A stretch of DNA of 64,000 nt from an uncultured Oscillospiraceae bacterium (GCA_944387785.1 CALXGG010000001.1:9541-73540), one strand, 5' to 3'. Positions 7,174-17,288 are shown, numbered from the stretch's first letter. Notes: generated by a model not told the origin, from the sequence alone. Made by a program: numbers and translations.

Positions 7174-8742
7174 ATGGAGTACATCGTCAAATACAACGGG
7201 GACATCCGGTCCCTGGGATACCCCACGGAGCTGCTGGGCCACCAGTACGCCATTCTGGAGCTCACCGACGGGGAGGCCGCCGCCCTGCCCCGGTCCCCCC
7301 TGGTGGAGTACCTGGAGCCGTCGGAGGGCCTCTCCCCCTTCCTGCGCTCGGGCCTGGACAGCGCCTGCATCACCCCCGTCCTCCGGGACGACGTGCTGGG
7401 CCTTACCGGCCAGGGGATCATTATCGGGTTCATCGACTCCGGCATCGACCTTACCCACCCGGAGTTCCGCACCGAGAGCGGCGCCACCCGGGTCCTCCGG
7501 CTGTGGGACATGACCCTGGCCGGCGACCCGCCGCCGGGGTTCCGCAAGGGCGCCGTCTTTACCGCCGAAGAGATCGACGCCGGGACCGTCCCCAGCCGGG
7601 ACACCGCCGGCCACGGCACCGCCGCCGCCGGCATCGCCGCCGGCCGCAGCGGCATCGCCCCCGGGGCCGCCATCGTATCCGTGAAAATGGGCAGCGGCAG
7701 CGCCACCTCCACCGACGTCATGCGGGGCGTGAAATTCATCTACGACTGCGCCGCCGAGGCCGCCATGCCCTGCGTCGTCAACCTCAGCTACGGCACCAAC
7801 AAGGGCTCCCATCAGGGGCAGTCCCTCTTCGAGACCTATATGGACGCCATGGCCCAGCAGGGGAAAAGCCTCATCGTCTGCGCCGCCGGGAACGAGGGGG
7901 ACAGCGGCCACCACTTCCAGGGCCTCCTGCCGGAGGGCGGCGTGCTGAACGTGGAGTTTGCCGTGTCCACCCGGCGGGAGGAGATCTATCTCACCCTTTG
8001 GAAGAGCTTTGCCGACAGCGCCCGGTTCGAGATGGTCCTTCCCTCCGGCGCCTCCACCGGCCCCCTCTCCCCCGGCGCCCCCCGGCGGTTCGTCTTTGGC
8101 GGCGTGGGCGCGGCCATCGCCTTCAACGGCCCCACCCACTTCTCCACCGCCCAGGAGGTCTACTTCGCCCTGGCCGCCCCGGCCGGCGGCCTCAACGGCC
8201 TGTGGACCCTCCGCTGCTACGGGGACCGGGTGGTGGAGGGCCGCTTCGATATCTGGCTGCCCACCGTGGAGGAGGTGGGGCGGGACACCGCCTTCCTGCT
8301 GCCGGACCCGGAGCTCACCATCACCCTGCCCGCCACCGCCCGGCTGCCGGTGGCCGTAGGGGGGTACCGCTCCGGCACCGGCACCGCCAGCCCCTTTTCC
8401 GGCCGGGGTGCCGCCCCCTGCCTGGGGTACGCCCAGCTGGACATCTGCGCCCCGGCGGAGCAGGTCTACACCGCCAAGGCCGGCGGCGGCTACGACACCT
8501 ACACCGGCACCAGCATGGCCGCCCCCTTCGTCTCCGGCTGCGGGGCCCTGCTGATGGAGTGGGGCATCGTCCGGGGCTACGACCCCTTCCTCTTCGGCCA
8601 GAGGATCAAGGCCTTCCTCTGCGCCGACGCCGCCCGGAGCCCATTCCTCTCCTACCCGGACCCCGTGTGGGGCTACGGGAAGCTCAATCTCTGCCAAACG
8701 CTGGCGGACCTGGTCCGCCAGTGGGAAAGGGGGACGCTGTGA
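7174..8742 (+). CDS. Csp-family subtilisin-like germination protease (S8), catalytic triad intact
   Basis: 522 aa. Asp in GFIDSGID, His in DTAGHGTAAAG, Ser in YTGTSMAAPF. RBS AAAGGGGAG. Divergent from sleC. Confidence 0.8.
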   Translation: MEYIVKYNGDIRSLGYPTELLGHQYAILELTDGEAAALPRSPLVEYLEPSEGLSPFLRSGLDSACITPVLRDDVLGLTGQGIIIGFIDSGIDLTHPEFRTESGATRVLRLWDMTLAGDPPPGFRKGAVFTAEEIDAGTVPSRDTAGHGTAAAGIAAGRSGIAPGAAIVSVKMGSGSATSTDVMRGVKFIYDCAAEAAMPCVVNLSYGTNKGSHQGQSLFETYMDAMAQQGKSLIVCAAGNEGDSGHHFQGLLPEGGVLNVEFAVSTRREEIYLTLWKSFADSARFEMVLPSGASTGPLSPGAPRRFVFGGVGAAIAFNGPTHFSTAQEVYFALAAPAGGLNGLWTLRCYGDRVVEGRFDIWLPTVEEVGRDTAFLLPDPELTITLPATARLPVAVGGYRSGTGTASPFSGRGAAPCLGYAQLDICAPAEQVYTAKAGGGYDTYTGTSMAAPFVSGCGALLMEWGIVRGYDPFLFGQRIKAFLCADAARSPFLSYPDPVWGYGKLNLCQTLADLVRQWERGTL

Positions 8743-10442
8743 AGCTGCCGGAAGAGATGCGGGCATTCATCGACGCGCCGGACACCGTGGATTTCGTCAC
8801 CCGGGCCACCGACGCCTTCTTCGACTTCGTCCGGGACAGCGGCGAGGTGATCGTGGGGCAGATCCTCTCGGGAAGGTATGTCCTGGGGTACATCAAGGAG
8901 GAGAATTTCCCCCACCTGGAAGCCGCCCTGGGGGCCGGCTTCGTCAGCTCCGCCTCGGTGGTGCTGGGGCCTCTGGACCGCCCCGCCCTGGAGGCCGCCG
9001 GCATCATCCAGGTGCAGAACCAGCCCTACCTCAGCCTGAAGGGCCGGGGGGTACTGCTGGGCTTCGTGGACACGGGGATCGACTACACCTTACCCGTCTT
9101 TCGCTACGCGGATGGTACCAGTAAAGTAAAATTCCTATACGACCAGACGGCGGAGGGCACGCCGCCCAGGGGATTCACCTCCGGTGTGGAATACACCGGC
9201 GAGGACATCGACCGGGCCCTGGCCGCCCAGGATCCCTACGCCGTGGTGCCCCAGAAGGACGACAGCGGCCACGGCACCTTCCTAGCCTCGGTGGCCGCCG
9301 GCCTGCCGGTGGAGGATTTCATCGGCGCCGCCCCCGACGCGGAGATCATCGCGGTAAAGCTGCGGAAGGCCCGGCCCTTCTACCGGAAAAAATACTGCGT
9401 GCCCCCCTGGCAGGGGGAGGCCTACGAGTCCAGCGCGGTGATGGTGGGGGTGGAGTACATCCTCAAGAAGGCCCAGGCCCTGGGCCGGCCGGTGGTGATC
9501 TGCCTGGGCATGGGCACCAACTTCGGCAGCCACGACGGCTTCAGCGTTTTTGAGGAGTATCTGGAGGGGGTGTCCATCCGCAAGGGCGTGTGCCTGTGCG
9601 CCGCCGCCGGCAATGAGAGCCAGGCCCGCCACCACTGCCAGGGCACCCTTCTGGCCGGGGAGAGCTCCGCCGTGGACATCAAAGTGGGCGAGCAGGCCGG
9701 AGACATATACCTCGCCCTCTGGAACACCATCTCCGACCGCTTCTCCGCCTCCGTCCGCTCCCCCTCCGGGGAGCTGGTGGGCAGGATCCCCGCCCGGAGC
9801 GGCAATATGACGGAGGTGAAGCTGATCCTGGAGCGGACGAAGGTACAGGTGGAGTACCACTTCCCGGTGGAGGGCAGCGGCGGCCAGCTGACCATCGTCC
9901 GCATCCTGGACGCCACGCCGGGGATCTGGACCGTGACCCTCTACGGAGACATCGTCCTCAACGGCGGCTACCACGCCTGGCTGCCCATGACCGGCTTCGT
10001 CTCCCCCACGGTGGAGTTCCTCTACGCCTCCCCGGACTACACCATCACCGTCCCCGCCACCACCGCCGGGCCCATCTGCTGCGGCGCCTACAACAGCGCC
10101 AACCAGAGCATCTACTCCCGCTCCTCCCGGGGGCCCTCCCGGCTGGGGCAGGTCCTGCCGGACCTGGTGGCCCCGGGGGTATCGGTGGGCGGGTTCTACC
10201 CCTATGGCTACGGCACCATGTCCGGCACCAGCGCCGCGGCGGCCGTGCTGGCGGGGGCCTGCGCCCTGCTGCTCCAGTGGGGGATCATCGAGGAGAACGA
10301 CCCTGCCATGAGCACCTACCAGATCCGGGCCTACCTGATCCGGGGCTGCCTGCGGAGCCCCGCCATGACCTACCCCAACGTCCAGTGGGGCTACGGGGCC
10401 GTCCAGCTCATGCAGACCTTCCATCTGATGCGGGAGCTGTGA
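8739..10442 (+). CDS. second Csp-family subtilisin-like protease (S8), catalytic triad intact
   Basis: GTG 8739 overlaps the upstream stop (GTGA) and has a GGGAAAGGGGGA RBS. Asp in GFVDTGID, His in DDSGHGTFLAS, Ser in MSGTSAAAA. The upstream part of ORF 7503..10442 is out-of-frame shadow. Confidence 0.8.
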   Translation: MKLPEEMRAFIDAPDTVDFVTRATDAFFDFVRDSGEVIVGQILSGRYVLGYIKEENFPHLEAALGAGFVSSASVVLGPLDRPALEAAGIIQVQNQPYLSLKGRGVLLGFVDTGIDYTLPVFRYADGTSKVKFLYDQTAEGTPPRGFTSGVEYTGEDIDRALAAQDPYAVVPQKDDSGHGTFLASVAAGLPVEDFIGAAPDAEIIAVKLRKARPFYRKKYCVPPWQGEAYESSAVMVGVEYILKKAQALGRPVVICLGMGTNFGSHDGFSVFEEYLEGVSIRKGVCLCAAAGNESQARHHCQGTLLAGESSAVDIKVGEQAGDIYLALWNTISDRFSASVRSPSGELVGRIPARSGNMTEVKLILERTKVQVEYHFPVEGSGGQLTIVRILDATPGIWTVTLYGDIVLNGGYHAWLPMTGFVSPTVEFLYASPDYTITVPATTAGPICCGAYNSANQSIYSRSSRGPSRLGQVLPDLVAPGVSVGGFYPYGYGTMSGTSAAAAVLAGACALLLQWGIIEENDPAMSTYQIRAYLIRGCLRSPAMTYPNVQWGYGAVQLMQTFHLMREL

Positions 10443-10493
10443 GCGGGCACAGCGGGGCCAACGGGCGGATCCGCCTCTCCCGCGGATACCAGC

Positions 10494-10537
10494 AAAAGGG
10501 GACGGCAGAGGGATTTCCCCCTGCCGTCCCCTTTTCA
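10494..10537. terminator. bidirectional intrinsic terminator
   Basis: AAAAGGGGACGGCAG / CTGCCGTCCCCTTTT inverted repeat between the convergent csp and pgmB genes. Confidence 0.7.
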
Positions 10538-10563
10538 TATGCCGGCGTCACCAAAAGCCCATT

Positions 10564-11208
10564 TTATCGGAAAATATCCAGCAGCTGGGACAGCCCTTCT
10601 ACGGAAACCTCTCCTCCGGGATCATGATCCGCGCTGCACAGGCCGATCACCCGGAAGCCGCCGGATCGGGCCGCCTGGACGCCGGAGGCCGCGTCCTCCA
10701 CCACCACTGCCTCCCCCGGCCTCACCCCCAGCAGGGAGGCCGCCAGCAAAAACACCTCCGGATCCGGCTTGGAGCGGGCGATCTGGGTGCCGTCCGCCAC
10801 CGCGTCGAAGAAATCTCCCAGCCCCAGGCGCTCCAGGATCTGCCGGGCATTCCTGCTGGAGGAGCCGATGGCCAGCAGATACCCCCGCCGCCGCAGGGCC
10901 CGGAGGACGGCCAGCGTCTCCGGGGAGAGATCCTCCGGCGTCATGGCGGTGAGATAGGTCTTGTAGACCGCGTTCTTCTCCTCCGTCATAGCCAGCTTCT
11001 CCGCCCCGGAGTAGGCCCCGCCGCGCGCCCCCAGGATGATCTCCAGGCTCTCCCGGCGGCTGACGCCCCGCAGGCGCTGGTTCACCTCTTCGTCAAAAGG
11101 GATCCCCAGCTTGTCCGCCAGGGCTTTCCAGGCCAGGTAGTGGTACCGGTCCGTACGGCAGATCACCCCGTCCAGATCAAAGATGATGGCCTTTATCCCC
11201 TTATCCAT
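10564..11208 (-). CDS. pgmB: beta-phosphoglucomutase (HAD superfamily)
   Basis: 214 aa. IIFDLDGVI nucleophile motif and the LRGVSRRESLEIIL block typical of beta-PGM. It shares a locus with a GH65 gene. Confidence 0.8.
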   Translation of the reverse strand: MDKGIKAIIFDLDGVICRTDRYHYLAWKALADKLGIPFDEEVNQRLRGVSRRESLEIILGARGGAYSGAEKLAMTEEKNAVYKTYLTAMTPEDLSPETLAVLRALRRRGYLLAIGSSSRNARQILERLGLGDFFDAVADGTQIARSKPDPEVFLLAASLLGVRPGEAVVVEDAASGVQAARSGGFRVIGLCSADHDPGGEVSVEGLSQLLDIFR

Positions 11209-12955
11209 GGCTCTCTCCCCATCTGCTCCGGGAGAATACCGGCAGCCTGCCGCCGCCCGCCGTGACGGTCCGGCCGCCCTGGTACGCTTCTCCTGTAAAG
11301 AAATCGTACCACGTCCCCTCGGGGAGATACACCGCCCGGGACGTCCTGTTCTCCTCCAGCAGCGGGGCTACCAGAAGCTCGTCCCCCAGGAGGTAGGCGT
11401 CCTCGCAGCTCACCGCCGCCGGGTCCCCCGGCCACTGGTAGGCCAGCGGGCGCAGCATGGGCTTGCTGTCACGGACACACTCCCGGGCGGTCCTCCAGAG
11501 GTAGGGCCGCAGCCTCTCCCGGAGCTTGTGCCAATAGCGCATCTCCTCCAGGAACTCCGGAGCCCCATAGCGCTCCGCCATGTTCCAGGGGCTGCGCTCG
11601 TTGTTGCCGGTGTCCCCAGGCATCAGGTCCCGGAACTGGCCGCCGTCGGGCTCGGAGTGCCACTGCATGATGGGGCAGAAGCAGGCCATCTGGGTGGCCC
11701 GGCGGTAGAGGTCCAGGCTGGGCAGCGGCCCGGCGAAGCCCCCCAGGTCGAAGCCCCAGAAGAGGATGCCGGAGGCGGCGGCGGAGAGCCCCGCCCGCAG
11801 CACGTTGGCCAGCTCACTGTTCTGGGACTGCTGGTCCCCGGCCCAGTGGCAGGGGACGGTGTGCTGCCCGGAAAAGCCCGCCCGGCTGAAGAGCACCCTT
11901 TCCGGCCCCGCGAAATCCCGGTAGCGCCGGGTATAGTCCCGGCAATAGCGGTTCGCCCCCTCCCTTCCGGTGGTGCCGTCGTAAAACCGGGCCTCCGGCC
12001 CGTGGATGAACTCACCGCCGTCGGTCTTGAAGCCGTCCACCCCCATGTCCAGCAGGTACCGCCGCTTGGCAACCCAACTGGCCACTGTGTCCGGGTTGGT
12101 GAAATCCGGCACCATGGACCCGGCAAACCACTTGCCCTCCGGGATGGTATAGGGGCTGCCGTCCGGCAGCATCACGCACAGCTTCCGCCTCGCCGCGTCC
12201 GCCCGGTCCAGGTCGTTCTGGGGATTGGGGGCCTCGCCGTCCCCCTGCTTCTTGTACACCGGCACCTGCCAGAGCAGGAGCCGCAGCCCCGCCTGATGGA
12301 GCCGTTCGATCATGCCCCTGGGATCCGGCCAGGGGGAGCCGGTGAAGTCAAAGTCGCCGCAGGACAGCGGCCTGCCGTCCGCCACCGGCGTATACTTCGC
12401 CCCATTCCAGATGTAGAAGGTGGCCTCGTCGCTCCAGGCCTCCAGCACCACCGCCGAGGCGGGGAAATCATACCGCTCCAGCTTTTCCAGCAGCTCCTCC
12501 ACATCCCGCTGGCAGCTCCACCGGTTGGCGGAGGCCCACACGCCGAACACCCACTCCGGCGGCAGGACGGCGGGCCCGAAGAGGCCCATGTATTCCCGGA
12601 CCATCTCCGCCGGCGTGCCGGCAAACAGCACCACCTCCGCCGTCTCCGGCAGGGTCACCTCCACCTGGCTCTCCCCAAAGGCAAACACCGTTGTCTCACA
12701 GGTATCCACATAGAGGCCAAAGCCGGTATCCGTCCAGAAAAAAGGGGCGGGGCAGTAGGTCTTGTCCCCCTGGAAGCAAAACTGCTCCCGGACCTGGTTG
12801 ACCACGGTCCGCCCCTTCTGGTTCAGGCTGTCATACTTCTCCCCCATGCCGTAGGCGCCCCGGTAGGCGAGGTACACGGTGAGCGTTTCCCCCTCCCGGC
12901 GGAGCCGGGCGGGGCCGAAGGAACATTCTTTTGTCTCACAGGAAATTCGTTTCAT
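11201..12955 (-). CDS. glycoside hydrolase family 31 (alpha-glucosidase/alpha-xylosidase-like)
   Basis: 584 aa. GVDGFKTDGGE nucleophile-type block and WGFDLGGF acid/base-type block. It overlaps the pgmB start by 8 nt. Confidence 0.8.
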   Translation of the reverse strand: MKRISCETKECSFGPARLRREGETLTVYLAYRGAYGMGEKYDSLNQKGRTVVNQVREQFCFQGDKTYCPAPFFWTDTGFGLYVDTCETTVFAFGESQVEVTLPETAEVVLFAGTPAEMVREYMGLFGPAVLPPEWVFGVWASANRWSCQRDVEELLEKLERYDFPASAVVLEAWSDEATFYIWNGAKYTPVADGRPLSCGDFDFTGSPWPDPRGMIERLHQAGLRLLLWQVPVYKKQGDGEAPNPQNDLDRADAARRKLCVMLPDGSPYTIPEGKWFAGSMVPDFTNPDTVASWVAKRRYLLDMGVDGFKTDGGEFIHGPEARFYDGTTGREGANRYCRDYTRRYRDFAGPERVLFSRAGFSGQHTVPCHWAGDQQSQNSELANVLRAGLSAAASGILFWGFDLGGFAGPLPSLDLYRRATQMACFCPIMQWHSEPDGGQFRDLMPGDTGNNERSPWNMAERYGAPEFLEEMRYWHKLRERLRPYLWRTARECVRDSKPMLRPLAYQWPGDPAAVSCEDAYLLGDELLVAPLLEENRTSRAVYLPEGTWYDFFTGEAYQGGRTVTAGGGRLPVFSRSRWGESHG

Positions 12956-12966
12956 CGCCTTGCTCC

Positions 12967-13794
12967 TTACCCTTTGATCCCGCCGGCCATCATGCCGTTT
13001 TTGAACTGTTTCTGGGCAATGACATAGATGATGATAATGGGGATCATGGAGATGAGGCTGCCCGCCATGAGCACGTTGTACTCCGTATTGTACTGGCCGT
13101 TCAGGGTGGACAGGGCGATGGGCAGCGTCATTTTGTTTTTATCGCTGAGCATCAGCAGGGGCCACAGGTAGTCGTTCCAGGACTCCATGAAGGTGGTGAT
13201 GGACAGCGTTGCCAAGCTGGGGATACACAGAGGCAGGGCGATCTTCCGGTACACCTGGAAGATGCCGGCCCCGTCGATCCGGGCGGCGTCCAGGAAGTCG
13301 TTGGGGATGGTCCGCATCTGCTGCACCAGCAGGAACACCGCGAAGGGCCGGAAGATGGAGGGCATGATGACGCTGGCGTAGGTGTCGGTAAGGCCCAGCT
13401 TGTTCATGATGACAAACAGGGGGATCATGGTCACCTGGGTGGGAATCATCATCATGGCCAGGTAGACGCTCAGCAAAAGCCGGCCCCCGAAGAACCGTAT
13501 CTTGGCGAAGGCAAAGGCCGCCAGGGAGGCGGAAAACAGGGTGATGGCCGTGTAGCTGACGGAGATGAACAGAGAGTTGGCGATGGTCCTGGCGAAGGGG
13601 AACTTGGAAAACACCTTGATATAGGCGTCCCAGGTGGGCTCCTTGGGGAGCCACTCGATGGGGATGGACATGAGGGCCCCCCGGCTCTTGAAGGAGGTGG
13701 CGATCATCCACAGGAAGGGCACCATGGCCAGGACCGCCAGGGCGATGGCCACGGCGTAAAAAAGCGCCGTATTGACCCGTTTTTTAGCTGTCAT
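12967..13794 (-). CDS. carbohydrate ABC transporter permease (MalG-like)
   Basis: 275 aa, six TM segments, with the EAA-like loop DAARIDGAGIFQVYRKIALP. Confidence 0.9.
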   Translation of the reverse strand: MTAKKRVNTALFYAVAIALAVLAMVPFLWMIATSFKSRGALMSIPIEWLPKEPTWDAYIKVFSKFPFARTIANSLFISVSYTAITLFSASLAAFAFAKIRFFGGRLLLSVYLAMMMIPTQVTMIPLFVIMNKLGLTDTYASVIMPSIFRPFAVFLLVQQMRTIPNDFLDAARIDGAGIFQVYRKIALPLCIPSLATLSITTFMESWNDYLWPLLMLSDKNKMTLPIALSTLNGQYNTEYNVLMAGSLISMIPIIIIYVIAQKQFKNGMMAGGIKG

Positions 13795-14710
13795 AGTGGA
13801 CCCACCTTTCCTGTCCCTTCATCTGGATGGCGGTAAACACCATGATGATGACAAACAAGATCCAGGAGAAGGCCGCGGCGTACCCCATCCGGTAGTACCG
13901 GAAGCCGTACTGATAGATCCGCTCCACCATCACCTGGGTGGCCCCGTTGGGCCCGCCGCCGGTCATGATCATCACCTGGGGGAAGAGCTGGAAGCCGTTG
14001 ATCATAGCCACGATCACCACATAGAAGATGGAAGGCGTGAGCAGCGGCAGGGTGATCCGGGTAAACTTGGTCCAGCCTCCGGCACCGTCGATATCCGCGG
14101 CCTCGTAGTAGGTCTTGTTGATCCCCACGACGCCGGACAAAAGGATCAGGCCGAAAAAGCCCATATCCTTCCACACGGAGACCAGCACGATGGCGGGCAT
14201 GGCCCAGGCCTCATCCAGCAGCCAGCCGGGACCCTGGATACCGAACCATGCCAGGATGCCGTTCATGGCGCCGTACTGGGGCGCCAGCACCGACTTCCAG
14301 ATCAGGGAGGCCGCCACCCAGCTGGTGAGCACCGGGATGTAGTAGACCACCCGGAAGGCCCCGATCCCCCGGTGGGGACGGCTGAGGAGATACGCCACCA
14401 GCAGGGACGCCGCCAGCATCAGGGGGATGTAGAGGACGATATACTCCATGGTATTGCCCAGGGTGTTCCAGAACTCCGGGGTGGTCAGGATGCTCTTATA
14501 ATTGGCCAGGCCCACGAAGTGGTCCTGCAGGAAATCCGGGTCCGTCAGCCGGTCCAGACCGTTCCAGTCCGTAAGGCTGATGAGCCCCGAGATGATAAGG
14601 GGCAGCAGGCTGAATACCAGCAGGCCGATCAGGCTGGGCAGCAGGAAGGGCGAAGCGGTCACCAGCCCCTCGCCGCCCCGTTTCCGCCGCGGCGGCAGAC
14701 GATTTTTCAT
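13784..14710 (-). CDS. carbohydrate ABC transporter permease (MalF-like)
   Basis: Start at M19 (ATG 14710), preceded by AGGAGGTG 5 nt upstream. EAADIDGAGGWTKFTRITLP loop. Confidence 0.9.
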   Translation of the reverse strand: MKNRLPPRRKRGGEGLVTASPFLLPSLIGLLVFSLLPLIISGLISLTDWNGLDRLTDPDFLQDHFVGLANYKSILTTPEFWNTLGNTMEYIVLYIPLMLAASLLVAYLLSRPHRGIGAFRVVYYIPVLTSWVAASLIWKSVLAPQYGAMNGILAWFGIQGPGWLLDEAWAMPAIVLVSVWKDMGFFGLILLSGVVGINKTYYEAADIDGAGGWTKFTRITLPLLTPSIFYVVIVAMINGFQLFPQVMIMTGGGPNGATQVMVERIYQYGFRYYRMGYAAAFSWILFVIIMVFTAIQMKGQERWVHYDS

Positions 14711-14776
14711 CAAAACACCTCCTGTGGATAAAAAGGGGGCCGCTGCGTCCGGCAGCGGCCCCACTCCATAGAGAGA

Positions 14777-16084
14777 TCAGGCGAGCTTGATCTGGGCTTC
14801 GCACTCCGCCTGGGCCTGATCCAGGGCCTCCTGTACCGTGATGGTACCTTCGGCCGCCGCGGCCAGCTTCTGGGAGATGATGTCGCTCATGAGGGCGTAA
14901 TCCTCAATGACGGGGGGCATTACCAGATAATCCAGGCTCTCGAACACGGCCTCCCGGTTGTCGGGGGGCGTGACCTCCAGGTAGGAGGAGAGGGCGTCCA
15001 GGTCCTTCAGTGCGGGCAGATCCCACCCGGCCTCCAGGCGGATGTCGGCGGAGGCAGTGGAGGAGGCCAGCCAGGCCAGCCACGCGGCTACTTCCTCCGG
15101 ATGCTCCGTCTCGGGGTTCATCACCACGCAGTTGGAGAAGAAGTGGGTGGCCTTCTGGGTGCTGCCGGGCTCCACGGCGATGTCCCAGGCGAAGTCACAC
15201 CCGTCGGTAAAGGTCTGGAAGGCCCAGATCCCGGTGGGGATCATGCCCAGCCGGCCGCTCATGAACATATCCCAGTCGCCCATGCCGCCCTGCTGCACCG
15301 CGTTGGGCTGGACGTTGGACTCCAGCACCCGGTCCACCAGCACCGTGGCGGCCTCCAGGTTCTCCGGGGAGTTGATGGTGAACGCCGTCTTATCCTCGTT
15401 GAGCAGCGCGCCGCCGTACTGGGCCACTACCTTGAAGAACTCATTATAGGTGATGGGCTGCCAGATGCCGAAGATGTCGTCCCCCAGGGCCCGGATCTTC
15501 TCCGCGGCGTCCTGCACGTCGTCCTGGGTCCAGTCGGCGGTGGGGTAATCCACCCCGGCCTGGTCAAAAAGGTCCTTGTTGTAGATGAGGACCACGTTGG
15601 AGAAGCTCTCCGGCAGGCCGTACTGCTTGCCATCCACCTTGAAGGCGTTCAAAGCGGTGTCGTTGAGGCCGCTGACGTCCACGCCGGTGATCTCCGCCAG
15701 CATCCCCTTGTTGGCATAGGCGGCGAAGTTCTCGATGTTCAGCTCGTAGCAGTCGGGGGCGGTGCCGCCGGCCACCCGGGTCTGCATCTGGGTGAAGTAG
15801 TCGTCAAAGCCGATGGTCTCTACCTCCACCTTGATGTTGGGGTACTCGGTCTCGAAGGCGGCCACCATCTTGGCCAGTGTCTCCTCATTACCGCCGGAGG
15901 AATTGAAATTGCAGTAGGTAATGGTCACCGGCTCCGCGGCGTCGCCGCCCTGGGTGTCGTTCTGGGCGGTGTTGCCGCCGTTGCCGGCGTTGTTCGCCGT
16001 GTTGTTCCCGCCGCAGGCGGAGAGCAGCAGCACAGCGGTCAAAAGCAAGGCGATCAGCGAAAACAGCTTGGACTTCTTCATCAT
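14777..16084 (-). CDS. sugar ABC transporter substrate-binding lipoprotein
   Basis: 435 aa. Lipobox LLLSACGG. Family-1 solute-binding protein appearance. AGGAGG RBS. Confidence 0.9.
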   Translation of the reverse strand: MMKKSKLFSLIALLLTAVLLLSACGGNNTANNAGNGGNTAQNDTQGGDAAEPVTITYCNFNSSGGNEETLAKMVAAFETEYPNIKVEVETIGFDDYFTQMQTRVAGGTAPDCYELNIENFAAYANKGMLAEITGVDVSGLNDTALNAFKVDGKQYGLPESFSNVVLIYNKDLFDQAGVDYPTADWTQDDVQDAAEKIRALGDDIFGIWQPITYNEFFKVVAQYGGALLNEDKTAFTINSPENLEAATVLVDRVLESNVQPNAVQQGGMGDWDMFMSGRLGMIPTGIWAFQTFTDGCDFAWDIAVEPGSTQKATHFFSNCVVMNPETEHPEEVAAWLAWLASSTASADIRLEAGWDLPALKDLDALSSYLEVTPPDNREAVFESLDYLVMPPVIEDYALMSDIISQKLAAAAEGTITVQEALDQAQAECEAQIKLA

Positions 16085-16118
16085 TCTTTCCTCCTAAATC
16101 CATGTATTGATTTTTCAG

Positions 16119-16153
16119 CTCTTTTCGCTTACAATAAAATGTGGCGAAAAGAG
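16119..16153. promoter_or_regulatory. 10-bp perfect inverted repeat in the promoter region of the ABC operon
   Basis: CTCTTTTCGC (16119-16128) and GCGAAAAGAG (16144-16153) flank an AT-rich 15-nt spacer. Minus-strand TTGACC lies at 16160-16155, just upstream. Confidence 0.35.
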
Positions 16154-16247
16154 TGGGTCAACGCTTTTTTCCCAGCGGTTTGCATGTGCTTTGGCGAGGG
16201 CATGCAGGCCGCTTTTTTACACCTCCTTCTCTCCTCTGGAGCACCAG

Positions 16248-17270
16248 CTATCCATTTAATTTTTTGACGGAGCCCCGGACCACCAGCTGGAGGGGCAGGA
16301 TCTCCTCCTGCTTGGGGAGGCTGGGATCCTCGATGTGCTTGAGCAGCAGCTCCACCGCCTTCTGCCCCTTCAGGGAGATCTGCTGGCGGATGGTGGTAAG
16401 GCCCGGGGTCAGGTACTGGGCGATCTCCACGTCGTCAAAGCCGATGAGAGAATAGTCCTCCGGCACCCGCTTGCCCCGCTCAAAGAAGCCCTTGGCCGCG
16501 CCGATGGCCAGGATATCCGCCGCCGCCACCACGCCGGTGGCGGGGAGGCCCTGATCCATCAGCCGGTCAGCCAGGGCGATGCCGCTGGTATAGTCGATCT
16601 GGCCTTCAAAAACATACTCCCTCTGATAGGGGACGTGGAATTCCTCCAATGCCTGCTGATATCCCAGCAGCCGCTTTTTCATGACCCCGTTTTCCTTCAT
16701 CTGCCCGGCAAAGAAGGCGATGCGGGTGTGGCCGCACTCCAGCATGTATCGGGTGGCCAGATAGCTGCCGTAGGCGTCGTCGATGCGGATGTTGTGGTAA
16801 TAGTGGTCGTTGCAGTAGCTGTCGATGAGGACGATGGGGATCTGGGTCTTTTTCATCTGCTGATAGAATTCATCGGGGTACATGCCGATGACGATGATGC
16901 CGTCCAGGTTCCGCTGCTTGGCCAGGGTGAGGTAGCTCTCGTTGGCGTCGGTGGCGGAGATCAGGATGTGATAGCCCTGCTGCCGGGCGTAATACTCGAT
17001 GCTGCCCAGGACCTCGCTGTAAAAGCTGTTCTGGAACATGAGCCGCTCCCCCGGCTCCGTCTGGGGCACCACCACGCCGATGAGCTTGGAGTCCCGCATG
17101 CTCAGGCCCCGGGCGTTGAGATCCGGCACATAGTCCAGCTCCGCGATGGCCTCCATCACCCGCTGCTTGGTGGCCTCGGAGATGGGCCGCTTCCCGCTGA
17201 GGGCATAGGAGACCGTGGCCGTGGTGACCCCCGCCCGCCGGGCCACGTCCTTCAGTGTCACGCGTGCCAT
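16248..17270 (-). CDS. LacI-family transcriptional regulator
   Basis: 340 aa. N-terminal HTH VTLKDVARRAGVTTATVSYALSG, followed by a periplasmic-binding-fold sugar sensor. Confidence 0.9.
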   Translation of the reverse strand: MARVTLKDVARRAGVTTATVSYALSGKRPISEATKQRVMEAIAELDYVPDLNARGLSMRDSKLIGVVVPQTEPGERLMFQNSFYSEVLGSIEYYARQQGYHILISATDANESYLTLAKQRNLDGIIVIGMYPDEFYQQMKKTQIPIVLIDSYCNDHYYHNIRIDDAYGSYLATRYMLECGHTRIAFFAGQMKENGVMKKRLLGYQQALEEFHVPYQREYVFEGQIDYTSGIALADRLMDQGLPATGVVAAADILAIGAAKGFFERGKRVPEDYSLIGFDDVEIAQYLTPGLTTIRQQISLKGQKAVELLLKHIEDPSLPKQEEILPLQLVVRGSVKKLNG

Positions 17271-17288
17271 GGCCCCTCTCCTTCCTGA

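Noticed and set aside
7114-10538. Long minus-strand ORFs 7114..8766 (550 aa) and 9282..10538 (418 aa) opposite the Csp genes
   Set aside because: The composition is dominated by G, A, P, D and H, with no recognisable domains. The plus-strand subtilase motifs are unambiguous.
11183-13836. Plus-strand ORFs 11183..13027 (614 aa) and 12931..13836 (301 aa) opposite GH31 and the permease
   Set aside because: These are shadow ORFs with Pro/Gly/His/Arg-rich translations. The minus-strand genes carry clear GH31 and ABC-permease motifs and RBSs.
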